64,000 nucleotides of DNA from a virus (Duplodnaviria > Heunggongvirae > Uroviricota > Caudoviricetes): positions 1 through 64,000 of IMG/VR virus record IMGVR_UViG_3300037504_000201; one strand, written 5' to 3'. The notes beneath the pieces were generated by a model. The model was not told the DNA's origin, did no database searches, and saw only the letters and a list, made by a program, of their open reading frames with translations. A program made the translations under genes and the position numbers. The first letter of the stretch is position 1, and each line of letters opens with the position of its first letter. This document shows, piece by piece, positions 8,374 through 17,244 of this stretch.

Positions 8374-10149
8374 ATGACAATCACTCTACGCCCTTATCAA
8401 CAAGACGCCGTCGACGCCGCCTGGGTGCGTTTTGCAACCGACCAGAGCACGCTTTTCGCAATGGCGACGGGTTGCGGCAAGACCGCCGCCGCCTGCGGGA
8501 TGGGTGCCAGGCTGGTCGAGGAATACGGTCGGCCTATCCGCACGCTGCTCTTGTGCGACCAGCGGCACCTCACCAAGCAAGCGGTGAAGCACGTCGCCAA
8601 ACACTGGCAACACGTGCTGGGCACGCCGGGTGTGGTGATGGGCAAGCTGGACGAGTACAAACGCGACTTTGTGGCGTGCACCGTCCAGTCGCTCGTGTCG
8701 AACGGGCGCATGGCGCGCCTGCTGAGCAAGCCGGTTGACTTTGTCATCCTCGACGAGTGCCACCACGCTGTGGCACCCACCTGGCAACAGTGCATCGAGG
8801 AGATCAAGGACGCCAACCCCGACGTTAAAATCCTGGGTCTGACCGCCACGCCCCGCCGCACTGACGACGTGGGGCTTGAAAAAGTCTTTGACTCCGTCGC
8901 TTGCCGGTTGAGCATCGCCAAGGCGATTGAGATCGGCGCGCTGTGCCCGTTCGAGGCGCTGGGCTTCCGGCTTGAGCAAGCCGACCTCGACGCGCTGCGC
9001 CAGAACGAGGACGGAGAGTTCATCGACCAAGAAGAGGTGGACCGGATCCTTGAGGCCGCCAACGCCGAAGAGATTGTCATTGAGAAATGGGAAGAGTACG
9101 CGGCAGGACGCCCCACGCTCGTCTTTACCTCGACCGTGGCCCAAGCCTACCGGCTGGCGGCAAAGTTCCACGCCGCCGGGCACAAGTTCTATGCCATTGA
9201 AGGTAACACGCCCCAAGAGGAACGGGACCGGCTGGTCAAGGCCTACCGTGCTGGGGACATTGACGGCATCGTCAATGTGCGTGTGTTCGCCGAGGGGTTC
9301 GACGCCCCTTGGACCGAGTGCATCGCGTTCCTGGCCCCCACCGGCTCAGACCTCGTCTACGTGCAAAAGGTCGGGCGTGGCCTGCGACTCTACCCCGGCA
9401 AGGTCAAGGCGCTGATCCTCGACTTTGTGCCCGCCGGCGAGCGCGACTTCCGTATGGCCGGCGACCTACTGGAAGGCAAGCCCAAGGCTCAGCGCAAGGC
9501 CGAGAGCAAGGCCGCCGACGTAGGTGTGCTGTTCGGCCTGGGCATCAACTCAAAAGGCGAGGGCATCGACGCCGACCCCGACCAAGTGCGAATGATGGTG
9601 CTGGACTATCTGACCAACGGCGCGCGCGACTTGCCCTGGACGCTGTACAAAGACGACGGGCTGGCGACGTGCGCGATCTCGTTTAGTCGCACGCTGGCCG
9701 TCATCCTCAAGGGAGACGGCGACACCCCGCCCGAGGTCGCCGCCCGGCTTGATAAAGCGGACGGGGTCCGGGCGAACGGGGAATGGCAACCCAACTACGA
9801 CCCCGTCTACAAGGCGCTGTTGCGCCAGGACCACGGCAGCTTTAAGGTGCTGGAAGTGCGCGCGATAAAAGAAGAGGGACGCCGCACGCGATACGTCGTG
9901 ACGCCGTTGGGCCGGTCAGAGGATTGGGAGACGGCACGGGACATCGCAGAGCGGCACGCCGACAAGTGGGAAGACAAGCGCGTCGCCCGGCGCCGCAAGC
10001 AGTGGCGGGGTAAGCCGATGTCAGACAAGCAAATCCCGCTGTTGAAAAAGCTGCACATCTACTCGCCAGACCTAGACCGCGGTCAAGCGAGCCAGCTCAT
10101 TGACCACACATTCACCCGCCAGCGCCTTCAGCGCTACGGATATTTGTAA
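8374..10149 (+). CDS. SF2 DEAD/DEAH-box DNA helicase
   Basis: Motif I AMATGCGKT, motif II ILDECHH, motif III TATPRR. RBS AGGAGGGAG. Confidence 0.85.
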   Translation: MTITLRPYQQDAVDAAWVRFATDQSTLFAMATGCGKTAAACGMGARLVEEYGRPIRTLLLCDQRHLTKQAVKHVAKHWQHVLGTPGVVMGKLDEYKRDFVACTVQSLVSNGRMARLLSKPVDFVILDECHHAVAPTWQQCIEEIKDANPDVKILGLTATPRRTDDVGLEKVFDSVACRLSIAKAIEIGALCPFEALGFRLEQADLDALRQNEDGEFIDQEEVDRILEAANAEEIVIEKWEEYAAGRPTLVFTSTVAQAYRLAAKFHAAGHKFYAIEGNTPQEERDRLVKAYRAGDIDGIVNVRVFAEGFDAPWTECIAFLAPTGSDLVYVQKVGRGLRLYPGKVKALILDFVPAGERDFRMAGDLLEGKPKAQRKAESKAADVGVLFGLGINSKGEGIDADPDQVRMMVLDYLTNGARDLPWTLYKDDGLATCAISFSRTLAVILKGDGDTPPEVAARLDKADGVRANGEWQPNYDPVYKALLRQDHGSFKVLEVRAIKEEGRRTRYVVTPLGRSEDWETARDIAERHADKWEDKRVARRRKQWRGKPMSDKQIPLLKKLHIYSPDLDRGQASQLIDHTFTRQRLQRYGYL

Positions 10150-10155
10150 TTCAAT

Positions 10156-10184
10156 TTGACACAATTGATTTTTTGTTGTATGAT
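10156..10184 (+). promoter_or_regulatory. promoter within truncated element copy 3
   Basis: Arm TCAATTTGACACAATTGATT gives TTGACA-17-TATGAT pointing at 10208. Confidence 0.6.
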
Positions 10185-10207
10185 AGATTCTAGGAAGGAG
10201 ACAGTCT

Positions 10208-11170
10208 ATGAGTACTACTAAAATAGAATGGACCAACAAGACTTGGAATCCCATTACCGGATGCACGAAGGTCAGCGCCGGTTGCCAGCACTGTTATGCA
10301 GAGCGCATGGCGCGGCGGTTGGCCGGGCGCTTTGGCTACCCAGAGGCGCCGCATCATTTCGATGTGACGCTGCACCCCGACCGATTGGACGAACCGCTGC
10401 GCTGGCGCAAGCCACGGCGGGTGTTTGTGTGCTCGATGTCGGATCTGTTTCACGAGGATGTGCCGGATGAGTACATTTGCGATGTATTTTATACAATGCA
10501 TCGATGTACACAGCACACATTCCAGGTGCTCACGAAGCGACCCGCTCGGATGTTGGAGTGGTTCAATCGCCCTGCTGCATCACTCAGTAAGTGGCATAGG
10601 CCGCTACCCAATGTTTGGCTGGGCGTCACCGCCGAAAACCAGAAAGCCGCCGACGAGCGCATACCGCTGCTGCTCAAATGCCCGGCGGCGGTGCGGTTCG
10701 TGAGTTGCGAGCCGTTGCTGGGTGAGATTGTATTGGAAGCTCGCCCGAATGAAAATTGTCGTTCTTGTTTCGGCGCTGGATTCCAGCGCGGCGGAATGAT
10801 TGGCGATGTCGAGTGTCATTGCTGGGGCGATGGGTATCTAGGTAGTAATGGCGGTCCATCGCTCGACTGGGTAATCGTCGGCGGTGAGAGCGGACCCGGC
10901 GCACGCCCGATGGACCCAAGCTGGGCGCGTTCGTTACGTGACCAGTGTCAGGACGCTGGTGTGGCGTTCTTTTTCAAGCAGTGGGGTGAGTGGATTCACG
11001 AAAACCAAGCCAATGATTCATTGCGCCCAACTTCGTGCGGAGGACTAGGGGCTCTGATGGACAGAGGGAAAGTCATAACCCTAGACGGTGAGAGCTTTTT
11101 TTGGCGCGTCGGCAAGAAGCGCGCCGGTCGTCTGCTCGACGGGCGCGAATGGAATGAGTACCCCATCTAA
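10208..11170 (+). CDS. phage Gp37/Gp68 family protein (DUF5131)
   Basis: N-terminus EWTNKTWNPITGCTKVSAGCQHCYAERMA is the signature of this family. Confidence 0.8.
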   Translation: MSTTKIEWTNKTWNPITGCTKVSAGCQHCYAERMARRLAGRFGYPEAPHHFDVTLHPDRLDEPLRWRKPRRVFVCSMSDLFHEDVPDEYICDVFYTMHRCTQHTFQVLTKRPARMLEWFNRPAASLSKWHRPLPNVWLGVTAENQKAADERIPLLLKCPAAVRFVSCEPLLGEIVLEARPNENCRSCFGAGFQRGGMIGDVECHCWGDGYLGSNGGPSLDWVIVGGESGPGARPMDPSWARSLRDQCQDAGVAFFFKQWGEWIHENQANDSLRPTSCGGLGALMDRGKVITLDGESFFWRVGKKRAGRLLDGREWNEYPI

Positions 11171-11186
11171 GGAAGGAGACACTTCG

Positions 11187-11369
11187 ATGGAATTCAAGTA
11201 CCGCGACACCACAGCAACAATCGAGCAGACCGACCCATGGACCGTGCGCGTCACTACCGGCGCCGGGAACGTCATCGAGATTCACATCACGTCAGACGAT
11301 AGCGCCGACGGCGAAACCGGCGCCATCCTGGAGTGTGACGTGATCCAGACGGCGCAAGGGTCGCTTTAA
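11187..11369 (+). CDS. hypothetical small protein
   Basis: Internal Met with RBS AAGGAGACA. Confidence 0.45.
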   Translation: MEFKYRDTTATIEQTDPWTVRVTTGAGNVIEIHITSDDSADGETGAILECDVIQTAQGSL

Positions 11370-11770
11370 TGATAATCTCAATAGCCATCCACAGGGGCAC
11401 ACTCGCCGTCGTCACCTACGACGGCGCCGAGGTGACGTGCATCAAGACCTTGGCGATGAACCGCACGACGTGGCCCGACCTTTGGAACACGCTGTTCGGT
11501 TACGCCGCCGGCCGGGCACGCCAGAACGGCGGCAAGGTTGGCAAAGTCGTGCTGTACCAGAACGGCGGGGACATATCGGAGACCGAACGGATGTTCGGGT
11601 TGCTGACGGGCGTGGCGGGCGAGTTCAATTGCCCGCTTGAGCGGGCGCATTGTGACGACGAGGATGAGGCGCGCGCGTGGCGCATGTTGCCGGGCGGTGA
11701 GGATACCGCCGTGGCGCTGGCGCTGGGTGCGGCGATGAAGGTGATAAACAGAAAGGAAGATGAAAAATGA
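11369..11770 (+). CDS. RNase H-like fold protein, possible RuvC-like resolvase
   Basis: N-terminus MIISIAIHRGTLAVV and C-terminal ALALGAAMKV are RuvC-like, but the N-terminal Asp is not conserved. Confidence 0.25.
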   Translation: MIISIAIHRGTLAVVTYDGAEVTCIKTLAMNRTTWPDLWNTLFGYAAGRARQNGGKVGKVVLYQNGGDISETERMFGLLTGVAGEFNCPLERAHCDDEDEARAWRMLPGGEDTAVALALGAAMKVINRKEDEK

Positions 11771-12384
11771 AATACCCAAAAATTGAAACGTTGTGGAATC
11801 GCGGGGACGACTTTAAAGTCATGCCCGGAGATTTCAGAATGCCAGAGTTTGTGCTTGTCAAATCTTGGCTGATCACCGAGAAAATTGATGGGCGCAATCA
11901 TCGCGTGATCCTAAACGTAGACGGCACTGTCGAGCATCGCGGACGAACCGACCGCGCGCAATTTGCCGACTTTGAGCTTGAAGCGGCGCAGCGTATCATT
12001 GACGACGATTTGGTGCGCGCCGCCTTCGACCGAGGCTCACAAGCCGTTCTTTACGGGGAGCTGTACGGCCCTAAGATTCAAAAGGGAGGTGTGTATGGTG
12101 ATGAGATTCAGTTTAGACTGTTTGATGTTCGCGTTGGCGATTGGTGGCTAAATTGGAGAGACGTTGAGGATGTGGCGCAAAAGATCAACGTATCGACTGT
12201 GCCGCTGATTTACGAAGATGAATTTTTACCGACCTGCAAGGATGAGCTTGGGGACTATTTTACTGACGGCAGCTATGTCGGCGGCGACAGACCGGAGGGC
12301 ATTGTGGCGCGAACAGACCCTCTTTTATTCACTCGACGCGGAGAGCGTCTAATGTGGAAGCTAAAATTTAAAGATTTCAAATGA
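11767..12384 (+). CDS. ATP-dependent RNA/DNA ligase-like nucleotidyltransferase
   Basis: Motif I TEKIDGRN (KxDG). 205 aa, Rnl2-like size. Confidence 0.6.
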   Translation: MKYPKIETLWNRGDDFKVMPGDFRMPEFVLVKSWLITEKIDGRNHRVILNVDGTVEHRGRTDRAQFADFELEAAQRIIDDDLVRAAFDRGSQAVLYGELYGPKIQKGGVYGDEIQFRLFDVRVGDWWLNWRDVEDVAQKINVSTVPLIYEDEFLPTCKDELGDYFTDGSYVGGDRPEGIVARTDPLLFTRRGERLMWKLKFKDFK

Positions 12385-13367
12385 CCACCACTGACGAACT
12401 CCTTGACCGGCTAGCCCGGCACTTTGGCTCGGGTCGCATCACCGACCAGCGGGGATACACACACGTGGATTGCCCGTTCCCCGGTTGCGACGTCGAGGCC
12501 AAGGACCGCGCTTGTTCGTACTGGCTAAAGGACGGCTACGTCCGGGCCGGGTGCTTCAAGTGCGGCTTGCTGACCAAGGAGTTCCTAGACCTATCCATCG
12601 GCTACCGTTCCAATGGCTCGGCGCCAATCAGACGCGCAAGGCGGCAGAAGAAGGCGCCGCCCAAGCCAACCTACTACGCCTGGAAGCAGCCGGGGCAAGC
12701 GGAGATCATCCTGCGCCAGCAACTCAATCACCCCGATCGGGTGCGGCTTTGGCAAGAGTACCGACCCTTTGACGTGGCGGACTTGGACCGCTGGGAGCAC
12801 GGGGTAGGCGTGCTGCCCAACACCGCTTGTCGCCACCTTCGCCTCACCTATCCCGTCCGAGCACGTGGCGGACGCATCGTGGCGTTCCGGGGGCGCCGGA
12901 TAGACTGTGATTGCCGTGGCAAGTGGCTGACGTGCGGCGGCGGCAAGGTACAAAAGACGCTCATGATCTGCGGGCCGCTTGAACCAGGTCGCGTCGTCGT
13001 CATCGCCGAAAGCCCAATTGACGCACGCCTCGCCTACAAATTTGAGCCCGAGTACACCTACGTGGCATCGGGCGGCGGGGCCGGGCTATGGAACGACGAT
13101 TGGACCAGGCGCATCGCCGCTAGCTCCCCCGCCAAGGTCATCGTGTGGTTTGACAACGACCTCGCCGGTCAAGCGGTTGGGGACACGCGTGATAGGCTCG
13201 CGCGGGAGTGGTGGCTCAAACACCCCAACGCGCCACGCGGGCCGATTGCGAACGGGATTAGACTTTTTAACCGATTGCGGTTCAAGCTCCCCGTCGAGTT
13301 GTACGACTGGGGGGATGCACCGCCCAAGAGCGACATAAGCAGTTTGATAATAAGGAGGATGAAGTGA
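12381..13367 (+). CDS. DNA primase (zinc finger plus Toprim)
   Basis: N-terminal Cys cluster. IAESPIDA and WFDNDLAGQ resemble Toprim E and DxD motifs. Confidence 0.6.
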   Translation: MTTTDELLDRLARHFGSGRITDQRGYTHVDCPFPGCDVEAKDRACSYWLKDGYVRAGCFKCGLLTKEFLDLSIGYRSNGSAPIRRARRQKKAPPKPTYYAWKQPGQAEIILRQQLNHPDRVRLWQEYRPFDVADLDRWEHGVGVLPNTACRHLRLTYPVRARGGRIVAFRGRRIDCDCRGKWLTCGGGKVQKTLMICGPLEPGRVVVIAESPIDARLAYKFEPEYTYVASGGGAGLWNDDWTRRIAASSPAKVIVWFDNDLAGQAVGDTRDRLAREWWLKHPNAPRGPIANGIRLFNRLRFKLPVELYDWGDAPPKSDISSLIIRRMK

Positions 13368-13558
13368 CCGACAAATACTTGGTAGTGATGTATGGCAAAG
13401 ATGGAACATACGTGCATGAATGGAGCAACGTCGATGATGCGTGGATTGACTACAACAACATCGCCCAGCAAGGCTTTGGTGTCGTCATCTCACAAGTCAT
13501 TCAAGATTCAAGCATGCCCGACACGTATGCAGATTGCAACGCAGGAGAGGCAGAGTGA
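13364..13558 (+). CDS. hypothetical protein
   Basis: Overlaps the upstream stop. Confidence 0.45.
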   Translation: MTDKYLVVMYGKDGTYVHEWSNVDDAWIDYNNIAQQGFGVVISQVIQDSSMPDTYADCNAGEAE

Positions 13559-13746
13559 TGACCGATAACCGCCCAATCCTAGACCAGCTGCTGGACTTGC
13601 TCAACGTCAGCACCTACGGCGAGATCGTGCCGGCGGTGCGGGCGCTGATGAATGACTATGACGCATTTGTCATCAGCTCGTTTAAGCATTTAGCAGAAGT
13701 GGACGAATTCATAAAAGAGATGAGGGAGCTATGCACCAAGCCATAA
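13558..13746 (+). CDS. hypothetical protein
   Basis: Internal Met with RBS GGAGAGG. Confidence 0.45.
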   Translation: MTDNRPILDQLLDLLNVSTYGEIVPAVRALMNDYDAFVISSFKHLAEVDEFIKEMRELCTKP

Positions 13747-14150
13747 TCGACCAAAAGACAGACGTAAAAGAACAACTGCGCTACATTCGGCGCCAGATTG
13801 ACCAAGACGCATTCTTGATCAACCAGATCGAACGCGGGATAGTATTGAACGGCAAATCATACGCCCGTCTCATAGACACGCACACGCTGCGCATCGTCAC
13901 CGATGAACACGAACTTACCTCCGCCATCCGTCACGCTAACACCGTGCCCGGCTTTTGGGCCAGCCCCATCGGCCAGATTGTCGCGCGCGGTATTGTGCGC
14001 GACTTGCCAACATTGTCGCTGACCGAGTACGCCGAGCGCGAGGGTATCACGTTAAGCGCCGCCTCCCACAGAGTGCGACGAGGGGCGGCGGTGGCAGTCC
14101 CGGACCCGGATGAGCCGAACCCGCGCAAGGCGACGAGGGTGCTGGAATGA
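13731..14150 (+). CDS. DNA-binding protein with C-terminal HTH
   Basis: LSLTEYAEREGITLSAASHRVRRG is HTH-like. Confidence 0.45.
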   Translation: MHQAIIDQKTDVKEQLRYIRRQIDQDAFLINQIERGIVLNGKSYARLIDTHTLRIVTDEHELTSAIRHANTVPGFWASPIGQIVARGIVRDLPTLSLTEYAEREGITLSAASHRVRRGAAVAVPDPDEPNPRKATRVLE

Positions 14151-14479
14151 TAAATCGAACTCACGACCCACACGACATCGCGCACTTTGAGGCCGTGCGC
14201 CTGGCTCGCGAGGCCGGGCTGGACCCGGTATACTACCACGACCCGTTCGCCAAGCCGCCGGTGATGTTCGGCGACGCGCCCGACATCCGGCGGCGCGGGA
14301 TACTGGACGGGTCGGACGAGGCGCCGTTCGACCTTGGCGACAGCTGGCGCGCGCTGCCCGCCGGAAACACGGGCTATTGGTTCGTGGTCCCAAGGCTTTC
14401 CGCGCCAGATAGCCGATTGAGGACGTTGATTTGCACGCGACGTGAGATCGTGGCGTGCGATCCGTTGGATTTGCTATGA
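14147..14479 (+). CDS. hypothetical protein
   Basis: ATGA overlap with the upstream gene. Confidence 0.45.
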   Translation: MINRTHDPHDIAHFEAVRLAREAGLDPVYYHDPFAKPPVMFGDAPDIRRRGILDGSDEAPFDLGDSWRALPAGNTGYWFVVPRLSAPDSRLRTLICTRREIVACDPLDLL

Positions 14480-14673
14480 ACCTAACCCCCAAGACTTTCG
14501 CGTCCTACGACAAGAACGAGCTGGACGAACAGGAGCGCGCGTTCCTTGCTGGCACGTCAGGCGTCGTGCGCAAGATGGACTTTAACGTCACCGAAGTGGA
14601 CGACAGGCCATTCTTCGCCGTTCACATATTGTACGAAGAGTTCCCAGATCACACACAGATAAAGGAGGTATGA
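14476..14673 (+). CDS. hypothetical protein
   Basis: Internal Met overlapping the upstream stop. Confidence 0.4.
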   Translation: MNLTPKTFASYDKNELDEQERAFLAGTSGVVRKMDFNVTEVDDRPFFAVHILYEEFPDHTQIKEV

Positions 14674-15275
14674 TGAGTGACGATCCGCTTTTGGACAAAT
14701 ACGGACTAAAACCAGAAGACGTGATGGTATGCTTTCTCGAACGCGCAATAGGAGCGCACCCTACAGTTCTGTACTTTCTGAGCGAGGCAACCTACTGCCC
14801 GGAAAGCCCGTCCATGTTCGATGGCTCTTTGTCAAATGACTTTGACCGAACATCAAAGCTGCTAGAGAAGATGCTTTACGATGCGCTTCCAGGCGGCACT
14901 TATGACCGATTGCTTGCGCGAATGCAGCAACGCAAAGCGAGCCATTACGCATTCTCGTATGGCTTACACGGCAACGGCGCGGGCAAGTGGGAGAGAAAAG
15001 TAATCGCAGAGGTAGTGGGGCTATTTGAGATTCAACGCGAGAGTGAGTGGGGGAAAGATAAAGAAGTTTACTCGGCTGTCAAGAACGCCGATGACGCCAT
15101 ACACCTACTCGACGAATCTGTGATCCATTCCGCGTTTGCAAGCATTGACAATGTCCGACAGTTCGTTCTTCTATTCTTTAAAAATTGGTCAGAAGATGAC
15201 GGCGAAACAATGCAAGAGAGATGTTACGCCGCCGTCAACAAAGCCAACCAAAAAATGACAGGCAAGGAGGTATGA
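14670..15275 (+). CDS. hypothetical protein, paralog A
   Basis: RBS AAGGAGG. Shares LPGGTYDRLL...RKAS with 15272-15799. Lower-GC segment. Confidence 0.55.
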   Translation: MMSDDPLLDKYGLKPEDVMVCFLERAIGAHPTVLYFLSEATYCPESPSMFDGSLSNDFDRTSKLLEKMLYDALPGGTYDRLLARMQQRKASHYAFSYGLHGNGAGKWERKVIAEVVGLFEIQRESEWGKDKEVYSAVKNADDAIHLLDESVIHSAFASIDNVRQFVLLFFKNWSEDDGETMQERCYAAVNKANQKMTGKEV

Positions 15276-15799
15276 TGCACAAGCTAAAGATCAACAAGGC
15301 GACAGATTCAGAGGGTGGGACGCTCGTCATTGATGAGCGAGGGCTGGACGGCACAGCCGATACAGGAGTGCTACTGTCATTCTACGAAGGTGAAGCCGAG
15401 AAGTTAGAGCGATTCCTGTACAACACGCTCCCCGGCGGCACCTACGACCGGTTGCTATCCGATATGATGACGCGCAAGGCGAGCTTGTTCAAGGTGCGAT
15501 GGGGGGATGGCAATGCCTCAGAGCCGCCAGGAAAACCGTTCCGATGGGACGGCGAGATTGTCCAGCGAGTCCTGGACAAGTGCCACGAGTTGCCTGGCTT
15601 ACGTGACTGCATTGACACCACCGACAGCGCTCGCAAGCTACTCAACGACTCAACACTCGTGCCCGGACTCGATGGTCTGGATAGCGTGATGGTGTGGATG
15701 GAGCGATTTATGGCGAACTGGCCCCCCGCAATAGGGATGACGGAAAGCGAACGTTATCTTTTCGCCGTCAACAAAGCCAACAGCATAGGTGGTTTGTAG
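15272..15799 (+). CDS. hypothetical protein, paralog B
   Basis: Identical RBS context AAGGAGGTATGATG. Paralog of 14670-15275. Confidence 0.55.
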   Translation: MMHKLKINKATDSEGGTLVIDERGLDGTADTGVLLSFYEGEAEKLERFLYNTLPGGTYDRLLSDMMTRKASLFKVRWGDGNASEPPGKPFRWDGEIVQRVLDKCHELPGLRDCIDTTDSARKLLNDSTLVPGLDGLDSVMVWMERFMANWPPAIGMTESERYLFAVNKANSIGGL

Positions 15800-15801
15800 T
15801 G

Positions 15802-16062
15802 ATGGACGAGATATCCATATTTGAGCTAAAATGGACAGATACCGTTGTTGACGGCGTGATTGATATGTGCGAGACTTGGGACGTCGGAAGGTTTATCAAT
15901 ACGCGCGCAGACGTCGAGTTGCTGTTGTATTGCGCCGACTTGCGCGGCAAGGACATGTACACATGGTCATTCGATTTTACCAAGGCCCTGGTCGCCAACA
16001 AGGGCATGACCAGCGACCTTGAGCGATACAGAGACGCGATAAGGAGCGCGAACGATGACTAA
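15802..16062 (+). CDS. hypothetical protein
   Basis: Internal Met after RBS AGGTGG. Confidence 0.4.
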   Translation: MDEISIFELKWTDTVVDGVIDMCETWDVGRFINTRADVELLLYCADLRGKDMYTWSFDFTKALVANKGMTSDLERYRDAIRSANDD

Positions 16063-16924
16063 CCCACTATCCAACTCACTCGCCATCTTCGACTTGTCAG
16101 GCACGCTCACAGTCGAGCGGGGCGGCCCACCCAACATGCCCGGCGAGGTGGTGTTGGTTGACGGTGCGCGGGACGTGGTGCGCTGGCTTGAAAATAGCAG
16201 CGCCAGCGTTTACATCGCGTCCAACCAAGGCGGGGTCGCATACGGCTACCTTGACATCGACACGTGCGACGCGATTATGTCTAGATGCGCGATGCTGCTT
16301 GATCTTCCCAAAGAGCGCTTCTTCTGGTGCCCCCATCACCCCAAGGGCAACGTCAGCCCCTGGAACAAGGCTTGTTACAACCGCAAGCCCAACCCCGGCA
16401 TGCTCTTGACCATCATGCAAGAGACTGGCGTCCCATCCAAGCGAACGCTGTTCGTCGGGGACCGTAAAAGCGACGTAGACGCCGCGGGGCGAGCTGGCGC
16501 GCACTATGTCCACGCATCGCCGATTCGGCACGTGTTCGGGCGCGCCTGGTCGCTCTTCTCCCGGCCCGTCTTTATCATCGACGGTACCGAGGTTGCGCGC
16601 GACCTACGCGTCAAGCTGGTCAAGAAAGGGATCGAAGGCGATTTTTTAGACGAGATGATAGAGCTGTACGTCGGCCCGGCGATTGACGATGTTGAGCCGA
16701 CCTTCACACACAACAGCAAGCTATTCTACGCTGTCGATGGTGACGACGGCACCGTGACACAGCTGGCCCAAGTCGGTGCCCAGCGCATCGAGTACGTGGA
16801 GCAAGACACGTTCGACCGATTTGCCGAGATCAAACGTCGCTTGCACGGCGGGTGTAGCGACGACGTGTTGGTGGATTTGTTTGTTGAGCATCTACTCGTC
16901 GAGCGTGGTTACGCGACGAGATGA
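16055..16924 (+). CDS. HAD-superfamily phosphatase (GmhB/PNKP 3'-phosphatase-like) with extra C-terminal domain
   Basis: FDLSGTL (motif I variant), RKPNPGM and GDRKSDV, the HAD IIIA signatures. Confidence 0.6.
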   Translation: MTNPLSNSLAIFDLSGTLTVERGGPPNMPGEVVLVDGARDVVRWLENSSASVYIASNQGGVAYGYLDIDTCDAIMSRCAMLLDLPKERFFWCPHHPKGNVSPWNKACYNRKPNPGMLLTIMQETGVPSKRTLFVGDRKSDVDAAGRAGAHYVHASPIRHVFGRAWSLFSRPVFIIDGTEVARDLRVKLVKKGIEGDFLDEMIELYVGPAIDDVEPTFTHNSKLFYAVDGDDGTVTQLAQVGAQRIEYVEQDTFDRFAEIKRRLHGGCSDDVLVDLFVEHLLVERGYATR

Positions 16925-17033
16925 AGCATGGGGCGTGATCTCACACAGAAAGGAGGATGCTCCGCTAAATTGGCAATGAGGGAATGCCCCCGGCGGTACG
17001 TGCCCCGCCGCCGGGGCAAGCGGAGTGAGTAAT

Positions 17034-17243
17034 ATGACGAGAGCTGTAAGAATGGCAACTGGATTAGTTTTTATGGCCCTTCTGTTGCTACATCCACTGA
17101 GTAGGTCTGTGATTTATTTTTTACTACCATTGGGTAGTGGCGCAGATGATTACGTGGCGATTGCTTTGTTGGTGATCGCCGCAACAATCTTGTTCATCAA
17201 GGGATGGACAAGTATTCCAGATTTTTTCAAGAAAGGAAAGTGA
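17034..17243 (+). CDS. small two-TM membrane protein (possible SPFH partner)
   Basis: Two hydrophobic helices. Lower GC. Immediately upstream of the SPFH gene. Confidence 0.5.
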   Translation: MTRAVRMATGLVFMALLLLHPLSRSVIYFLLPLGSGADDYVAIALLVIAATILFIKGWTSIPDFFKKGK

Positions 17244-17244
17244 T

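Noticed and set aside
8386-9216. Long antisense ORFs inside real genes (for example 8386-9216 - inside the helicase, 187-888 - inside the first gene, 2189-2719 - opposite 2231-2713).
   Set aside because: Typical open-frame artefacts of high-GC DNA. They overlap well-supported genes that have RBSs and recognisable domains. They have no RBS, and their proteins are Arg/Pro/Ala-rich low-complexity.
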